Of a DNA stretch of 64,000 nt, positions 18,851-32,221 are shown piece after piece. Where the stretch lies: contig CAUAFL010000004.1 in assembly GCA_958428295.1 (NCBI GenBank), positions 9,892 to 73,891 of the forward strand, in the 5' to 3' direction. Both the position numbers and the translations under genes were made by a program. This DNA comes from an uncultured Bacillota bacterium (GTDB taxonomy: Bacteria; Bacillota_I; Bacilli_A; RF39; UBA660). The notes under the pieces are model-generated. The model searched no databases. It saw nothing but the letters and a program-made list of their open reading frames with translations, and was not told the DNA's origin. Every line of letters starts with the position of its first letter. Positions within the stretch are counted from its first letter, which is position 1.

Positions 18851-21052
18851 TTACCTAAATATTTCTTTTAACAATATCCAGTTTTTATTTTCCATATCCT
18901 CCGTATATTCATTATTACATAGATAAAGAGAATCATTTTTATCATAATCACGCACAAATCCAAAATTAACCTTATATTTTTTAGCGTATTCTTTTAAGGC
19001 CTCAAATTTATTTTCTACTTTAATATCAATGTTTTTTGATTCCCCATCGACATTCTCTCCACCTTTGGTTTCAATAATCCATAGTTTATTATTTTTATCA
19101 CAAACAATAAAGTCAGGATAGAAGTGCCATTTGTGATTTACTGCATCAACATATACAATAGAGAAATAATCACTTGATGATTCACCATTTTTATAGAACC
19201 ATTTGATATTTTTGTTATTTTCACAGAAATATTCAAACATTCTCTCACTTTTAGATTTGATTGTACTGTTAGGATAATTCATATAAATAGATTTTTCATA
19301 AACAATGGTATCCTTCATTTTAGAATCATATTTAATATAATCCATTTCCGGTGCTTTCCAGTCAATGACCTTTACTTCCTCTAATTTTAATTTGATTTGC
19401 CTTGCTTTTTGTGATACCGCTTCTTGGAAATCATGCTTTAATACATCTTGGTTGTTTATAACAAAGGCATAAAATTCTATTAAGGATAAATCTACGAACT
19501 TTTTAGTAAATAATTTACCTCTAAAAAACATTCTTTCAAGCATTAGTCTTGTCCTATCATATCTCATACCAATTTTAGAAGATATAATATTAATAGAATG
19601 TCTTAATTCAAAGCCATTTTTGTTCGTTGTAACTACACTAGATACTTTCATTCGATTAGCATTTTGGAACTCATCAGAATTAATTCTGATAATTTTATCT
19701 TGGATGATATAATTATCAATTGTATCTTTAAACAAATACCCATTCGCTTCTAAAATTGTCTTATTATTTCTTTTATTAGTAGTCAAGTTATATTTATCAA
19801 TATAGTATTGATGTAGAATATTAAACGTTTGTCTTTCATCAAAACCATCAAAACTATTGTCAAATGTTATTTTCTTTAAACTAAAATTTTTAAAATCATT
19901 CTTTAAGAAGATTACCTTTGTATTATATGCACTATTTCCTAACTCTTGTTTTATTGCTGTTTCATATTTTTCGTCGAAAGTATAAAGATAGCAATTATCA
20001 AGTAGGATATTATCATAATGATGTGCTTGTGGCATTCTTCTAATTCTTCCAATAGTTTGGGTTTCAAAATCTTCACTCATATTATCACGAAGTTTGACAA
20101 GCACTTTTGCTCTTGGACAGTCCCAACCAGTAGAGATTGCTTGTTTCATTATCAAAATAGAAGATAGTGACTCATTGTTTTCAATATGATTAATATTTTC
20201 TTTTCTTTCAGATAACCATATTGCTAAATTACCTCTATCATAAGTATAATTTCTTTCTTCAAGAATACGCTCAATTTGCTTAATTAGATCATTTGACTTA
20301 CTAGGCACTTGAATAATAATTAAAGGATTTACTTGTACACCAAGTTTCATATATTCTTCTTTAATTGCCTTTCTTTTGTTGATTGCTAAATCAAGTAGAT
20401 ATTCATGTTCATTAGATAAAGTCGTCCCACTAGATACATTTTCATTAATATATAACGCCCTTGTAATAAGACCAGCATGAATTACCTCTAATTCATCTAT
20501 TTTAATAAATTCTGCTGCTTGGTTTGTTTTTGTTGTAGCACTCACACGAACTATATACGCTGGTTTCATATACTCAATAATACTTTCTGCTTTTACAGTT
20601 TTATTCAAATGTTCCTCATCTACGATGATAATAAACTTATACCCACAATTATGAGCTTCATGAACTCTTTCATAAAGATTTTTTCTTTCCGCTTCTTTTA
20701 GGGCATTATTTCCTTTTTTAGTAATTGTCTCCCAATTAATAAAAGCCGTATCTTTTGCTTCAAATCCCTGTAATAAAACTTCTTGAATATTTTTAGTAGA
20801 ATAGTGTGGTAAAAACTTAAGCATTTTGCTTTTACTTTGTTCCTCTAATTCTCCTTTACCTGGAGTAAGCCATACAAAAATAGTATTTTTATTTTCTTTT
20901 AGAAATTCCTCAATATATGAAAGCAATATAATTGTTTTACCACTACCAGTAGGTGCTTGTACTAAAACTTCTTTTTTATTACCAACTGATGTAGCATCTA
21001 GCAACTTATTTACCGTATTTATTTGAAATTCTTTTAATTTAATTCCTTGCAT
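18851..21052 (-). CDS. res: Type III restriction enzyme, Res subunit
   Basis: 733 aa. QAPTGSGKT (helicase motif I) and VDEEH (motif II). The C-terminal part has a PD-(D/E)xK-like D...ETK. The start overlaps the mod stop (TAATG). Confidence 0.85.
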   Translation of the reverse strand: MQGIKLKEFQINTVNKLLDATSVGNKKEVLVQAPTGSGKTIILLSYIEEFLKENKNTIFVWLTPGKGELEEQSKSKMLKFLPHYSTKNIQEVLLQGFEAKDTAFINWETITKKGNNALKEAERKNLYERVHEAHNCGYKFIIIVDEEHLNKTVKAESIIEYMKPAYIVRVSATTKTNQAAEFIKIDELEVIHAGLITRALYINENVSSGTTLSNEHEYLLDLAINKRKAIKEEYMKLGVQVNPLIIIQVPSKSNDLIKQIERILEERNYTYDRGNLAIWLSERKENINHIENNESLSSILIMKQAISTGWDCPRAKVLVKLRDNMSEDFETQTIGRIRRMPQAHHYDNILLDNCYLYTFDEKYETAIKQELGNSAYNTKVIFLKNDFKNFSLKKITFDNSFDGFDERQTFNILHQYYIDKYNLTTNKRNNKTILEANGYLFKDTIDNYIIQDKIIRINSDEFQNANRMKVSSVVTTNKNGFELRHSINIISSKIGMRYDRTRLMLERMFFRGKLFTKKFVDLSLIEFYAFVINNQDVLKHDFQEAVSQKARQIKLKLEEVKVIDWKAPEMDYIKYDSKMKDTIVYEKSIYMNYPNSTIKSKSERMFEYFCENNKNIKWFYKNGESSSDYFSIVYVDAVNHKWHFYPDFIVCDKNNKLWIIETKGGENVDGESKNIDIKVENKFEALKEYAKKYKVNFGFVRDYDKNDSLYLCNNEYTEDMENKNWILLKEIFR

Positions 21053-22785
21053 TACATTACCTCCATAATTTCATTTTCAAAATAATATTCTGGTATAATA
21101 AATACTTCAATGTTATTATCTTCAAATATTTTTTCTTCCTCTGTTGTCAGTAGAATATCACTTGAGATATATACTTTTTCACACATATCTAGTTCTTCTT
21201 GATTGACACTAAATTTATCTAATTCAAATTCACTTAAATATAGTTTGATTTTGTTATTATCAATTTCAATACCATTTTCTAGTTGAATAAGGTTTTTAAC
21301 ATTTGTAAGCAAATTATTATGTAGATCTTCTTTTTCAGTATTAACTCTTGGTATATATGCACAACGATAATATTTTAAATTAGCAGAAATAGTATCACCC
21401 ACTGATATTTCAGAAGCATCTTTTCCAGTTATTACACCAGCTATTCTTGGATAGGTTACCAAATTGCAAATACTATTTTCATTATTAGTACATAGTATAA
21501 AATTTCTTTTCCCTTTATCTTCTTTATTTAGTTCTAAAACTGCTTGTGCAGTAGTTCCAGAACCTGCAAAAAAATCTAAAATCGTGGAATTTTTATAAGC
21601 CCGTGAAGAGGATAATATCTTTTTTATTAAAAATAGAGGTTTTGGATATGTAAAAATAGTATTAGAAACATATTTTTTTAGTTCGTTCCCACCATTTTGA
21701 TAATTAATTTCTTTTTCATTCCATATTGATTTTATTTTTGATAACTTTATATTGCCATCTTTTAATAAGTAATCTTTTCTAAAAATATCATAAAAGTCAC
21801 CTTGGCCATCTCTATTAACCTTTTTTCCAACTAATAGATTGCTATTTTGGATAAATTTTTCTTTGCTCCAAGTCCATCTCCCCTCTTCCCCACTAGGTCT
21901 TTTAGGAAGTGATTCAATACAAAAAATATCATCTTTTTCTAAACTTACTTTACCGGTTTGCGGATCTACATAAATAGGATAATATAAAAATGGTCGTTGT
22001 TCTCTTCGCCATTCTCCACCACGTTGTCTTAACCCAAGTAATCTATAATTACCATATTCGTCTTTTAAATTATATTCCTTAATATTTTCATCCGTTTTTT
22101 CAATGCCAAACTCAATGTTCAATTCAATATTTTTCGAATAGCACAAAAGATATTCATGTTCTATTGCAAAATATTTGCTTGCCTGTGAACCTCTAGGATT
22201 ACTTTGAATTATAAATTCTGCTTTGAAATTATCTTCACCGAATATATCATCACATAATAGTTTTAGTTGGGATTTTTCATTATCATCTATCGAAATGAAA
22301 ATTGTTCCAATTTCTGAGAGCAAATGTTTAGCTTTACTTAATCGTTTATACATAAATGATAACCACTTAGAATGTCGGTACCCATCAACTTTATCTATTA
22401 TAGAGTCATTATATGTAAAGTCTTTATTCCCTGTATTATAAGGTGGATCAATATATATGACATCAATTTTACCGGTGTGTGTTTTTTCTAGTAAATAAAG
22501 ACTATGAAGATTATCTCCCTCTAATAAGAAATTAAATTTATCACCAGTATTAGATATTATTTCTTTATCTTTTACTTCTTCAAAGGTAGGGATTTGGCTC
22601 TCTAACTCTTTATCAACACGTTCTTCATGTTCTTCCCAAATAAGGCCATACTTCTTTTTTGTTAATTCATTTTCTATCATTGATAAATTAGCTAGAGTTT
22701 CTTCATCTGCAATATTTTTTTTTATTTCATTTATTGTGTTTAACATTTTATCTCTTCTGATTTTCGATAGGTTAGCTGTTTCCAT
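21052..22785 (-). CDS. mod: Type III N6-adenine DNA methyltransferase, Mod subunit
   Basis: IYIDPPYNTG (motif IV) and DFFAGSGTTAQA (motif I) in the beta-class order. AAGGAG SD 8 nt before the ATG at 22785. Confidence 0.85.
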   Translation of the reverse strand: METANLSKIRRDKMLNTINEIKKNIADEETLANLSMIENELTKKKYGLIWEEHEERVDKELESQIPTFEEVKDKEIISNTGDKFNFLLEGDNLHSLYLLEKTHTGKIDVIYIDPPYNTGNKDFTYNDSIIDKVDGYRHSKWLSFMYKRLSKAKHLLSEIGTIFISIDDNEKSQLKLLCDDIFGEDNFKAEFIIQSNPRGSQASKYFAIEHEYLLCYSKNIELNIEFGIEKTDENIKEYNLKDEYGNYRLLGLRQRGGEWRREQRPFLYYPIYVDPQTGKVSLEKDDIFCIESLPKRPSGEEGRWTWSKEKFIQNSNLLVGKKVNRDGQGDFYDIFRKDYLLKDGNIKLSKIKSIWNEKEINYQNGGNELKKYVSNTIFTYPKPLFLIKKILSSSRAYKNSTILDFFAGSGTTAQAVLELNKEDKGKRNFILCTNNENSICNLVTYPRIAGVITGKDASEISVGDTISANLKYYRCAYIPRVNTEKEDLHNNLLTNVKNLIQLENGIEIDNNKIKLYLSEFELDKFSVNQEELDMCEKVYISSDILLTTEEEKIFEDNNIEVFIIPEYYFENEIMEVM

Positions 22786-23019
22786 TTTCACGACTCCTTA
22801 CACAAATAGCTATTCACTTAATTTATTTCATTGTCCAAGTAATTTCTTCATAAATATTATACTATATAATGATTTTATTTACCATAGTTCGATTCTAATA
22901 CTAAGGAAAAGAAACAAAAATGTAATATAAAAATGAAGCTTTAAAGAATTATCCTTAAATCATTGTATAAAAGTAAAATAAATTATATAATTATGTTAAG
23001 AGAATTGAGGTGTCAAAAT

Positions 23020-24171
23020 ATGAAACCATTTATTAAGTGGGCTGGAGGTAAAGAAAAAGAATTACCTATAATATTAGATAACATGCCTACAAGTTATGAG
23101 CGATATGTCGAGCCTTTTGTTGGCGGTGGAGCAGTATATTTTGCATTAAATAACCCCAATTCTATTATAAATGATAAATCTGATGAGCTTATAAATTTAT
23201 ATAAATACATCCAAAACGGTAATGAACAATTTTTAGCAAAACTTGATGAATTATTTTATAACTGGACTTTATTAGAGAAAGTAATAGAAAACAATTCAAA
23301 AGAATTGTTAGGTTTGTATAAAAATTATTGTAAAGAAACGATTAGAGATAAAAAATTGAAAATAAAATACAACGATATAATTTGTGAATTTGTAATCCAT
23401 CACTCAGATGAATTTAATGGAGTTTTAACTAATAATTTTAATATTAAAATAGATAATTTTATCCATGAGATACAAAAAAACTTACTATCAAAAATTAGTC
23501 GTATGTGTAAAATTTCTGAGACACGTGGGAGTTTAACTGATAGTAATATTCTTGAAAATATGGAATCGGCATTGAAAAGTGCGTTTTATATGCACTTTAG
23601 ATATTTATATAATAACAAAGACGAATTAAATATATCCCAAGAATTCGCTTCTGCAATGTTCTATTTTATAAGAGAATATTGTTATGCTTCAATGTTTAGA
23701 TATAATAAATTAGGAAAGTTTAATGTTCCTTATGGTGGTATAAGTTATAACAGAAAGGATTTTAATAAAAAAATTGATTATGTTAAATCTGAAACTATTA
23801 GAAAATATATGAGTAAAACTACAATTTACAATATGGACTTTGAAACTTTTTGTAACAATATTAATTTAACAGAAAAAGACTTTATCTTTTTAGATCCACC
23901 TTATGATACTGAGTTTTCAACTTATGCTAAAAATGATTTTAGTAAAAATGATCAAGTTAGACTGGCGAATTATTTAAAGACAACTAAAGCAAAGTTTATG
24001 TTGGTAATTAAAAATACAGATTTTATTTATAGTTTATATAACAGAAAAGGGTTTTATATTAAATCATTTGATAAAAAATATTTGGTTAGTTTTCAAAATA
24101 GAAATAACAAAGATGTTGAACATCTAATAATAACAAATTATGATATGGGGGAAAATAATAAATATGGATAA
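23020..24171 (+). CDS. Dam-like (D12 class) N6-adenine DNA methyltransferase
   Basis: Start moved to MKPFIKWAGGK. Motifs EPFVGGGAV and FLDPPY. GAGGTG SD. Confidence 0.85.
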   Translation: MKPFIKWAGGKEKELPIILDNMPTSYERYVEPFVGGGAVYFALNNPNSIINDKSDELINLYKYIQNGNEQFLAKLDELFYNWTLLEKVIENNSKELLGLYKNYCKETIRDKKLKIKYNDIICEFVIHHSDEFNGVLTNNFNIKIDNFIHEIQKNLLSKISRMCKISETRGSLTDSNILENMESALKSAFYMHFRYLYNNKDELNISQEFASAMFYFIREYCYASMFRYNKLGKFNVPYGGISYNRKDFNKKIDYVKSETIRKYMSKTTIYNMDFETFCNNINLTEKDFIFLDPPYDTEFSTYAKNDFSKNDQVRLANYLKTTKAKFMLVIKNTDFIYSLYNRKGFYIKSFDKKYLVSFQNRNNKDVEHLIITNYDMGENNKYG

Positions 24172-24997
24172 TGAAATTATAAGGAAGCAAAAAATAGAAG
24201 CAATTAAATTAATTGTAGATTCAAGTATTAAAAATTTTGCTGAGGGTTTCGAGTTAAGGTATACCTCAGAAGTAAATAATCCAAAGGGAGTGATAAATTC
24301 CAAAAAGAATAACGTTTTTATTGCACAGTTAGGTAAAGAATTTATGTTTTATTCTGCTTTTGTACGATCTTTTGATTCGTGTTTTGGTAAGGTCTTAGAA
24401 AATATTGGAAATTCCATAGCAAAGTTATCTTATGAAGTACGTGGAAGAATAGACTCTTATCTTTTGCCACAGCAAAGTCAACATATTGATTATCTACTTG
24501 CAGAATATGATAGACATGTGAAACCTTCTGTAAATGATTATTCTTCTTTTTCCTGGGTTAAACCAAGTAATGTCGAGAGTTATATAAAAAATCATGAAAC
24601 TGATAATTACTTTTATAATCCCGAAAAGAAAGAACATTATATTATAGAATTAAAAGCTGGAGGAGATTTAGATAATAAAAAGTCAAAAGCAGAAAAGACT
24701 GAATTATTACAAGAGTATTTTTTGCTTAAAAATAAAATTGTTGGAACAGATGAAAAAATAAGTATATTCTTAGGAACTGCTTATAATAAATTTGGCGAAG
24801 GAAATGAATGGAAACAAGAAAGGGTTCAGCAATATTTTTCTGATGAAGAATTGCTTATAGGTTACAACTATTGGAATTTTGTTTGTAATGATGATGAAGG
24901 CTTTAATATTGTTTTTGAGCAATATAAAATTAGTAGCCAATACATTAAAGATTCTTTAGAAAGAATTAAACAACTTTATTTTGCCGAAACAGAATAG
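24164..24997 (+). CDS. Putative Type II restriction endonuclease (family unresolved)
   Basis: Overlaps the methyltransferase stop by 8 nt. Possible PD-(D/E)xK core in ETDNYF...IIELKAGGDLDNKK. Assigned mostly from context. Confidence 0.5.
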   Translation: MDNEIIRKQKIEAIKLIVDSSIKNFAEGFELRYTSEVNNPKGVINSKKNNVFIAQLGKEFMFYSAFVRSFDSCFGKVLENIGNSIAKLSYEVRGRIDSYLLPQQSQHIDYLLAEYDRHVKPSVNDYSSFSWVKPSNVESYIKNHETDNYFYNPEKKEHYIIELKAGGDLDNKKSKAEKTELLQEYFLLKNKIVGTDEKISIFLGTAYNKFGEGNEWKQERVQQYFSDEELLIGYNYWNFVCNDDEGFNIVFEQYKISSQYIKDSLERIKQLYFAETE

Positions 24998-25027
24998 TCA
25001 ATATTAATATCTAACACTGTTCTTTTT

Positions 25028-25062
25028 GGGAGTAGATTTTGAATGCTGGCTAGGACATAAAA
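25028..25062. repeat. 35-nt conserved motif, copy 1
   Basis: GGGAGTAGATTTTGAATGCTGGCTAGGACATAAAA. 32 of 35 positions are identical to 29042-29076. Confidence 0.8.
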
Positions 25063-25094
25063 TTGTAACTATAATGTTCAGGGTCTTTCTAATA

Positions 25095-26072
25095 CTATTT
25101 TAAATCTTTATAATGTACCATATATGTTTTTATATTATTAGTATCATTTTCATTTATTTCAAAAATTCTACCACCTCTCAAATCATCTGTTCCATAAGGG
25201 CTATAACCAGCACAGGCATCTAAACACATTTTAACATTGCAAAAAGTTCCTTCAAAACAATCGTTATGACTATGACCACATGCAATACAAATGATGTCTT
25301 TTCTTTGAAGTATAGTAGAAAACAATCCAGAATTAAGCATTCCTATTTTCATAACTTCCTTTGTACTTCCTGTACACTTGGTTACAATTGGATTATCTAC
25401 GATATATTGAAATTCCCATGCTGGTATATGCATAAATAAGATTCCATTTATTCGATTTCCACAATAATCTTCTATTTCTTTTGAACTATTCCAATACCAC
25501 ATTAATTGTTCAAAATGTACAATATCCCATTTATCTGACATTGAGGGCATATTCATTAATTTTATATTTTTGTCTATATCTATATTAGAATGTCTTATTT
25601 CATTATTTGAATCCATTCCCCAAATATTAAAAGCAATATCATCATTTTTTGAATTTTTAATAGGTAATACAAAATTAGTAGTTCCATAAATATTTTCAGT
25701 ATGTTTTGAAATACAATATTTAAAATTTTCATACATTTTTGTTTTTGTAATATCATCAATTTCAATATCATGGTCATGATTTCCAAAGATATGTGCCCAT
25801 GGAATTTTTCGTTTTTCCATTGGTTGAGTAAAAATTTCTAAATATTTTTTTATTTCTTCTTCTGTCTTTAATATCGTTCCATCACAATTATCTCCACCTA
25901 AAATAATAAAATTAGGTTGAGTTTTTTCAATTAGTTTATCCATATATTCTAATGTTTTCACATCATAGCTTAATGTTTCTTGAATATCTGACATCATTAA
26001 TATTTTGAATTTCCCATTTTCGTTAAATTTTAATTCATGTTTGGTATATAAATTTGTATCTAAATTATTCAT
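25095..26072 (-). CDS. Calcineurin-like metallophosphoesterase
   Basis: MMSDIQ, GGDNCD, GNHDHD and GHSHND motifs. Confidence 0.8.
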   Translation of the reverse strand: MNNLDTNLYTKHELKFNENGKFKILMMSDIQETLSYDVKTLEYMDKLIEKTQPNFIILGGDNCDGTILKTEEEIKKYLEIFTQPMEKRKIPWAHIFGNHDHDIEIDDITKTKMYENFKYCISKHTENIYGTTNFVLPIKNSKNDDIAFNIWGMDSNNEIRHSNIDIDKNIKLMNMPSMSDKWDIVHFEQLMWYWNSSKEIEDYCGNRINGILFMHIPAWEFQYIVDNPIVTKCTGSTKEVMKIGMLNSGLFSTILQRKDIICIACGHSHNDCFEGTFCNVKMCLDACAGYSPYGTDDLRGGRIFEINENDTNNIKTYMVHYKDLK

Positions 26073-26151
26073 TTACTTCCCCCATTATGTACTAAATAGT
26101 TAAAATATAGTTTTATTATAGTATATTATAACATAATTTTAATAGCTAAAA

Positions 26152-26926
26152 TTATTTATTTTCTTGTAACCACTTATAAACATCATCTTCAGTAAGTTCT
26201 CCATGTTTTAGTTTTGTGATTTTTTCTTTGGCTTGTTTTTTCCAAGTTTCAAATTCTGTCTTTAATTTTTTATCATCTTTGTTTTTATTTACTATGCCAA
26301 ATTTTTGTTGATATGTTTTTCTGTATTCTGTATATGCTGATTTTTCTTGTAATCTTTTGTTATAAGAAAGTATTGCTCCTTGTTCTCTGCAAGTTTTTCC
26401 GTTTTCTTTTGGATAATCACAATATATTTCATCTAATCTTGAGTTTGGTATAAAATACATACCACAGTTTTGACATTTTTTATTGGGTAGTTATCTGTTT
26501 TTGATAATTCTTCTAATATAGCATAGCAAATATTTGATATATCATTACTTTTATGAGTATTTACCATTGATATAAGCATACCTTCTTCTTTTAGTTTCTT
26601 TAGAAGGTCAATATCTGCTGAATTTCCTAGTTCTTCATATTTATTAGAATAGTTATCTTGTATTACTTCATCATTTTTTATATACGAATATAGTTTGCCT
26701 TTCCTTTTTATTAGATATACTGCATATCTTTGTGAATGTGTAAATGAATTTAGGTCTTCTATTTCATTTATATTATATATGTAATTAACGGCATCTGTTA
26801 TTTGTTCTTGTATGTATATAAGTTGTTCTTTTAGATTGTCATATATCTTTTTTGTTTCTTTTAGATATGTTTCATCATCTTCATATTTTCCTTTTAGTTC
26901 AAATTTATAGTCTTTATCTATATCTT
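26152..26926 (-). pseudogene. Frameshifted and 5'-truncated gene of unknown function (Cys-containing, transposon-associated type)
   Basis: The 102-aa ORF (26152-26460) continues upstream as ...KKCQNCG MYFIPNS, but an in-frame stop sits at 26491-26493. Another frame stays open from about 26494 to 26926 (for example NEIEDLNSFTHSQRYAVYLIKRKGKLYSY). Confidence 0.5.
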
Positions 26927-27623
<697 letters not shown>

Positions 27624-27758
27624 CACATACAAGTTACGAACTAGATTCTCTTTCTAAAGATATTATACAAGAATTCTTATTAAAATTCAATGGGAGTATA
27701 GACAGTTTTGTTATTTTATAATAAAATTTTAATTAGATTATAACTTTTGGAGGAGTAA

Positions 27759-28376
27759 ATGAAAATAGGTATAGATATTGATGGTGTTTTAAATTCACAA
27801 TATAATTTTTGTATAGATTATGGAACAAAGTTTTGTAATGAACTTGGTAAGTATAAATTAGAAAATATAAATGTAATAGATACTACAGATATGTTTTTAT
27901 GGGGAGAAGATATAGCACATCAGTTTTGGAATAAATATAGAAAAGATTTAGCTATTATTTTACCAGCAAAGAAGTATTCTGCAGAAGTGATAAAAAGATT
28001 AAAAAATGAAGGTAATGAAATACATATAATTACAGCAAGAAGAAATAATGACGAATGGTTTTCTAATTCTCTAAAGAAAGATGTAGAAAATATCACAAAA
28101 AAGTGGTTAAAAGATAATAATATCTATTATGATAAAATTATTTTTGATGTAAAACACAAAGGAAAGTATTGCAAAAATAATTGTATAGATGTTATGATCG
28201 AAGACGACCCAAATAATTTAAGAAAATTAATTGGTAATACTAATATAATTGTATTCGATTATCCATATAACAGAAATTTTGAATTTAATAATATAACAAG
28301 AGCATATAGTTGGTATGATATATACTATAAAATTAAAAATATAAAGGAGAACAAAAATGATATTAGCAATAATTGA
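27759..28376 (+). CDS. HAD-superfamily hydrolase, 5'(3')-deoxyribonucleotidase-like
   Basis: The N-terminal MKIGIDIDGVLN carries the DxDGV nucleophile motif. IHIITAR and IEDDPNN are plausible motifs II to IV. GGAGGAG SD. Confidence 0.6.
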   Translation: MKIGIDIDGVLNSQYNFCIDYGTKFCNELGKYKLENINVIDTTDMFLWGEDIAHQFWNKYRKDLAIILPAKKYSAEVIKRLKNEGNEIHIITARRNNDEWFSNSLKKDVENITKKWLKDNNIYYDKIIFDVKHKGKYCKNNCIDVMIEDDPNNLRKLIGNTNIIVFDYPYNRNFEFNNITRAYSWYDIYYKIKNIKENKNDISNN

Positions 28377-29007
28377 GAGAATTGAAAATGTAAAGGCAGA
28401 AGAACCTTTTAACTGCAGATATTATTTAACTAGACATTATAAAGAGATATTTGATAAATTAAATATTTTATTATTCCCAATTGTTTCAGATAAAAACTTA
28501 GAAAAAGTATGTGAGATTTGTGATGGACTTATTGTAACGGGTAGTTGTATTGATATACCACCACATTATTATAATGAAAAACCTATTCTAGAAAAAAATT
28601 ATGATATTGATGAATTTAGATTAGATAAAGCAGCCATTGAATTATTTTCTAATGCTAATAAACCTATTTTAGGAATATGTGGAGGTCTTCAGTCTATAAA
28701 TGTTTATTTTGGTGGAACCTTAAATCAAAAAGTAAATAATCACGATTTAAAAGATAAATTACATAAAGTAAATATTAGTGAAAATACATTTTTACGAGAT
28801 GTTTATAATAAAGACATAAATATAAATTCATTTCATAAACAATCTATTAAGGATACTGCAAATGGATTCACCATTTCAGCTATAGCTGAAGATGGTACTA
28901 TTGAAGCAATAGAAAAAAACAATATTGTTGCAGTTCAATGGCATCCTGAGCAAATGGGAGATTTATTATTTTTTAAAAATTTTATAAATACATTTTTTAA
29001 AAAATAA
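28357..29007 (+). CDS. Class I glutamine amidotransferase-like, peptidase C26 family
   Basis: GICGGLQ and VQWHPE motifs. AAGGAG SD. Overlaps the upstream gene by 20 nt. Confidence 0.75.
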   Translation: MILAIIERIENVKAEEPFNCRYYLTRHYKEIFDKLNILLFPIVSDKNLEKVCEICDGLIVTGSCIDIPPHYYNEKPILEKNYDIDEFRLDKAAIELFSNANKPILGICGGLQSINVYFGGTLNQKVNNHDLKDKLHKVNISENTFLRDVYNKDININSFHKQSIKDTANGFTISAIAEDGTIEAIEKNNIVAVQWHPEQMGDLLFFKNFINTFFKK

Positions 29008-29041
29008 AGGGTATGGGATTTCCCATAAAAAGAAAACGTGC

Positions 29042-29076
29042 GGGAGTAGGTTTTCAGTGCTGGCTAGGACATAAAA
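29042..29076. repeat. 35-nt conserved motif, copy 2
   Basis: GGGAGTAGGTTTTCAGTGCTGGCTAGGACATAAAA, between convergent genes as in copy 1. Confidence 0.8.
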
Positions 29077-29088
29077 GCAGGTTTGTCC

Positions 29089-29451
29089 TCACACATTTTC
29101 TGTATAAATCAGTTCCTTTAAGATGATTCCTTCTGCTATATTTTTATAATTATTCATCAGTTTTACCCATTCAAGTTGATTGATTTCTTTATTCTTTTCA
29201 GATAGTAATTTATCTGAATTTTTATACTGCTCCATTAAAATATTTAACTTGGTTTCTGCTTCATTACTAACTGAAACAAGATGATTTGTTAGTTCATTTG
29301 TCATTAAAAGTGTTATATAAAGTGCTTTATTATTTTCTTTTAGAAAGCGTAATCTTAAGTATCCATACTTGTTAATTTTTCCATAATTTTGTATTTTTAT
29401 TGTTAAGTTAGGTAATAAATAATCACCAACTTTAGTATAATTTAACTCCAT
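29089..29451 (-). CDS. tnpV: TnpV-like transposon protein
   Basis: YTKVGDYLLPNL...INKYGYLRLRFLKENNKALYITLLMTNELTNHL...NQLEWVKLMNN...AEGIILKELIY follows the TnpV pattern of Tn4451-type elements as I recall it. Confidence 0.65.
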   Translation of the reverse strand: MELNYTKVGDYLLPNLTIKIQNYGKINKYGYLRLRFLKENNKALYITLLMTNELTNHLVSVSNEAETKLNILMEQYKNSDKLLSEKNKEINQLEWVKLMNNYKNIAEGIILKELIYTENV

Positions 29452-29454
29452 TTT

Positions 29455-32078
<2,624 letters not shown>

Positions 32079-32221
32079 GGCGTAGATATCTACAACTTTT
32101 TCACTTCTTAACGATTTGATATATAAAATATCAATCACTAATGATATTTTATCACAAATTTGCCATTATGTCTCGAAAAATGTGTGATTTTATAGTAAAA
32201 TATCATATAGGAGTTGATAAT

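Noticed and set aside
22887-22895. GTTCGATTC (a T-loop-like string) in the mod/dam intergenic spacer, considered as a displaced tRNA fragment marking an island end
   Set aside because: Its orientation is opposite to the tRNA-Gly gene and no flanking acceptor or T-stem can be formed. It is most likely chance.
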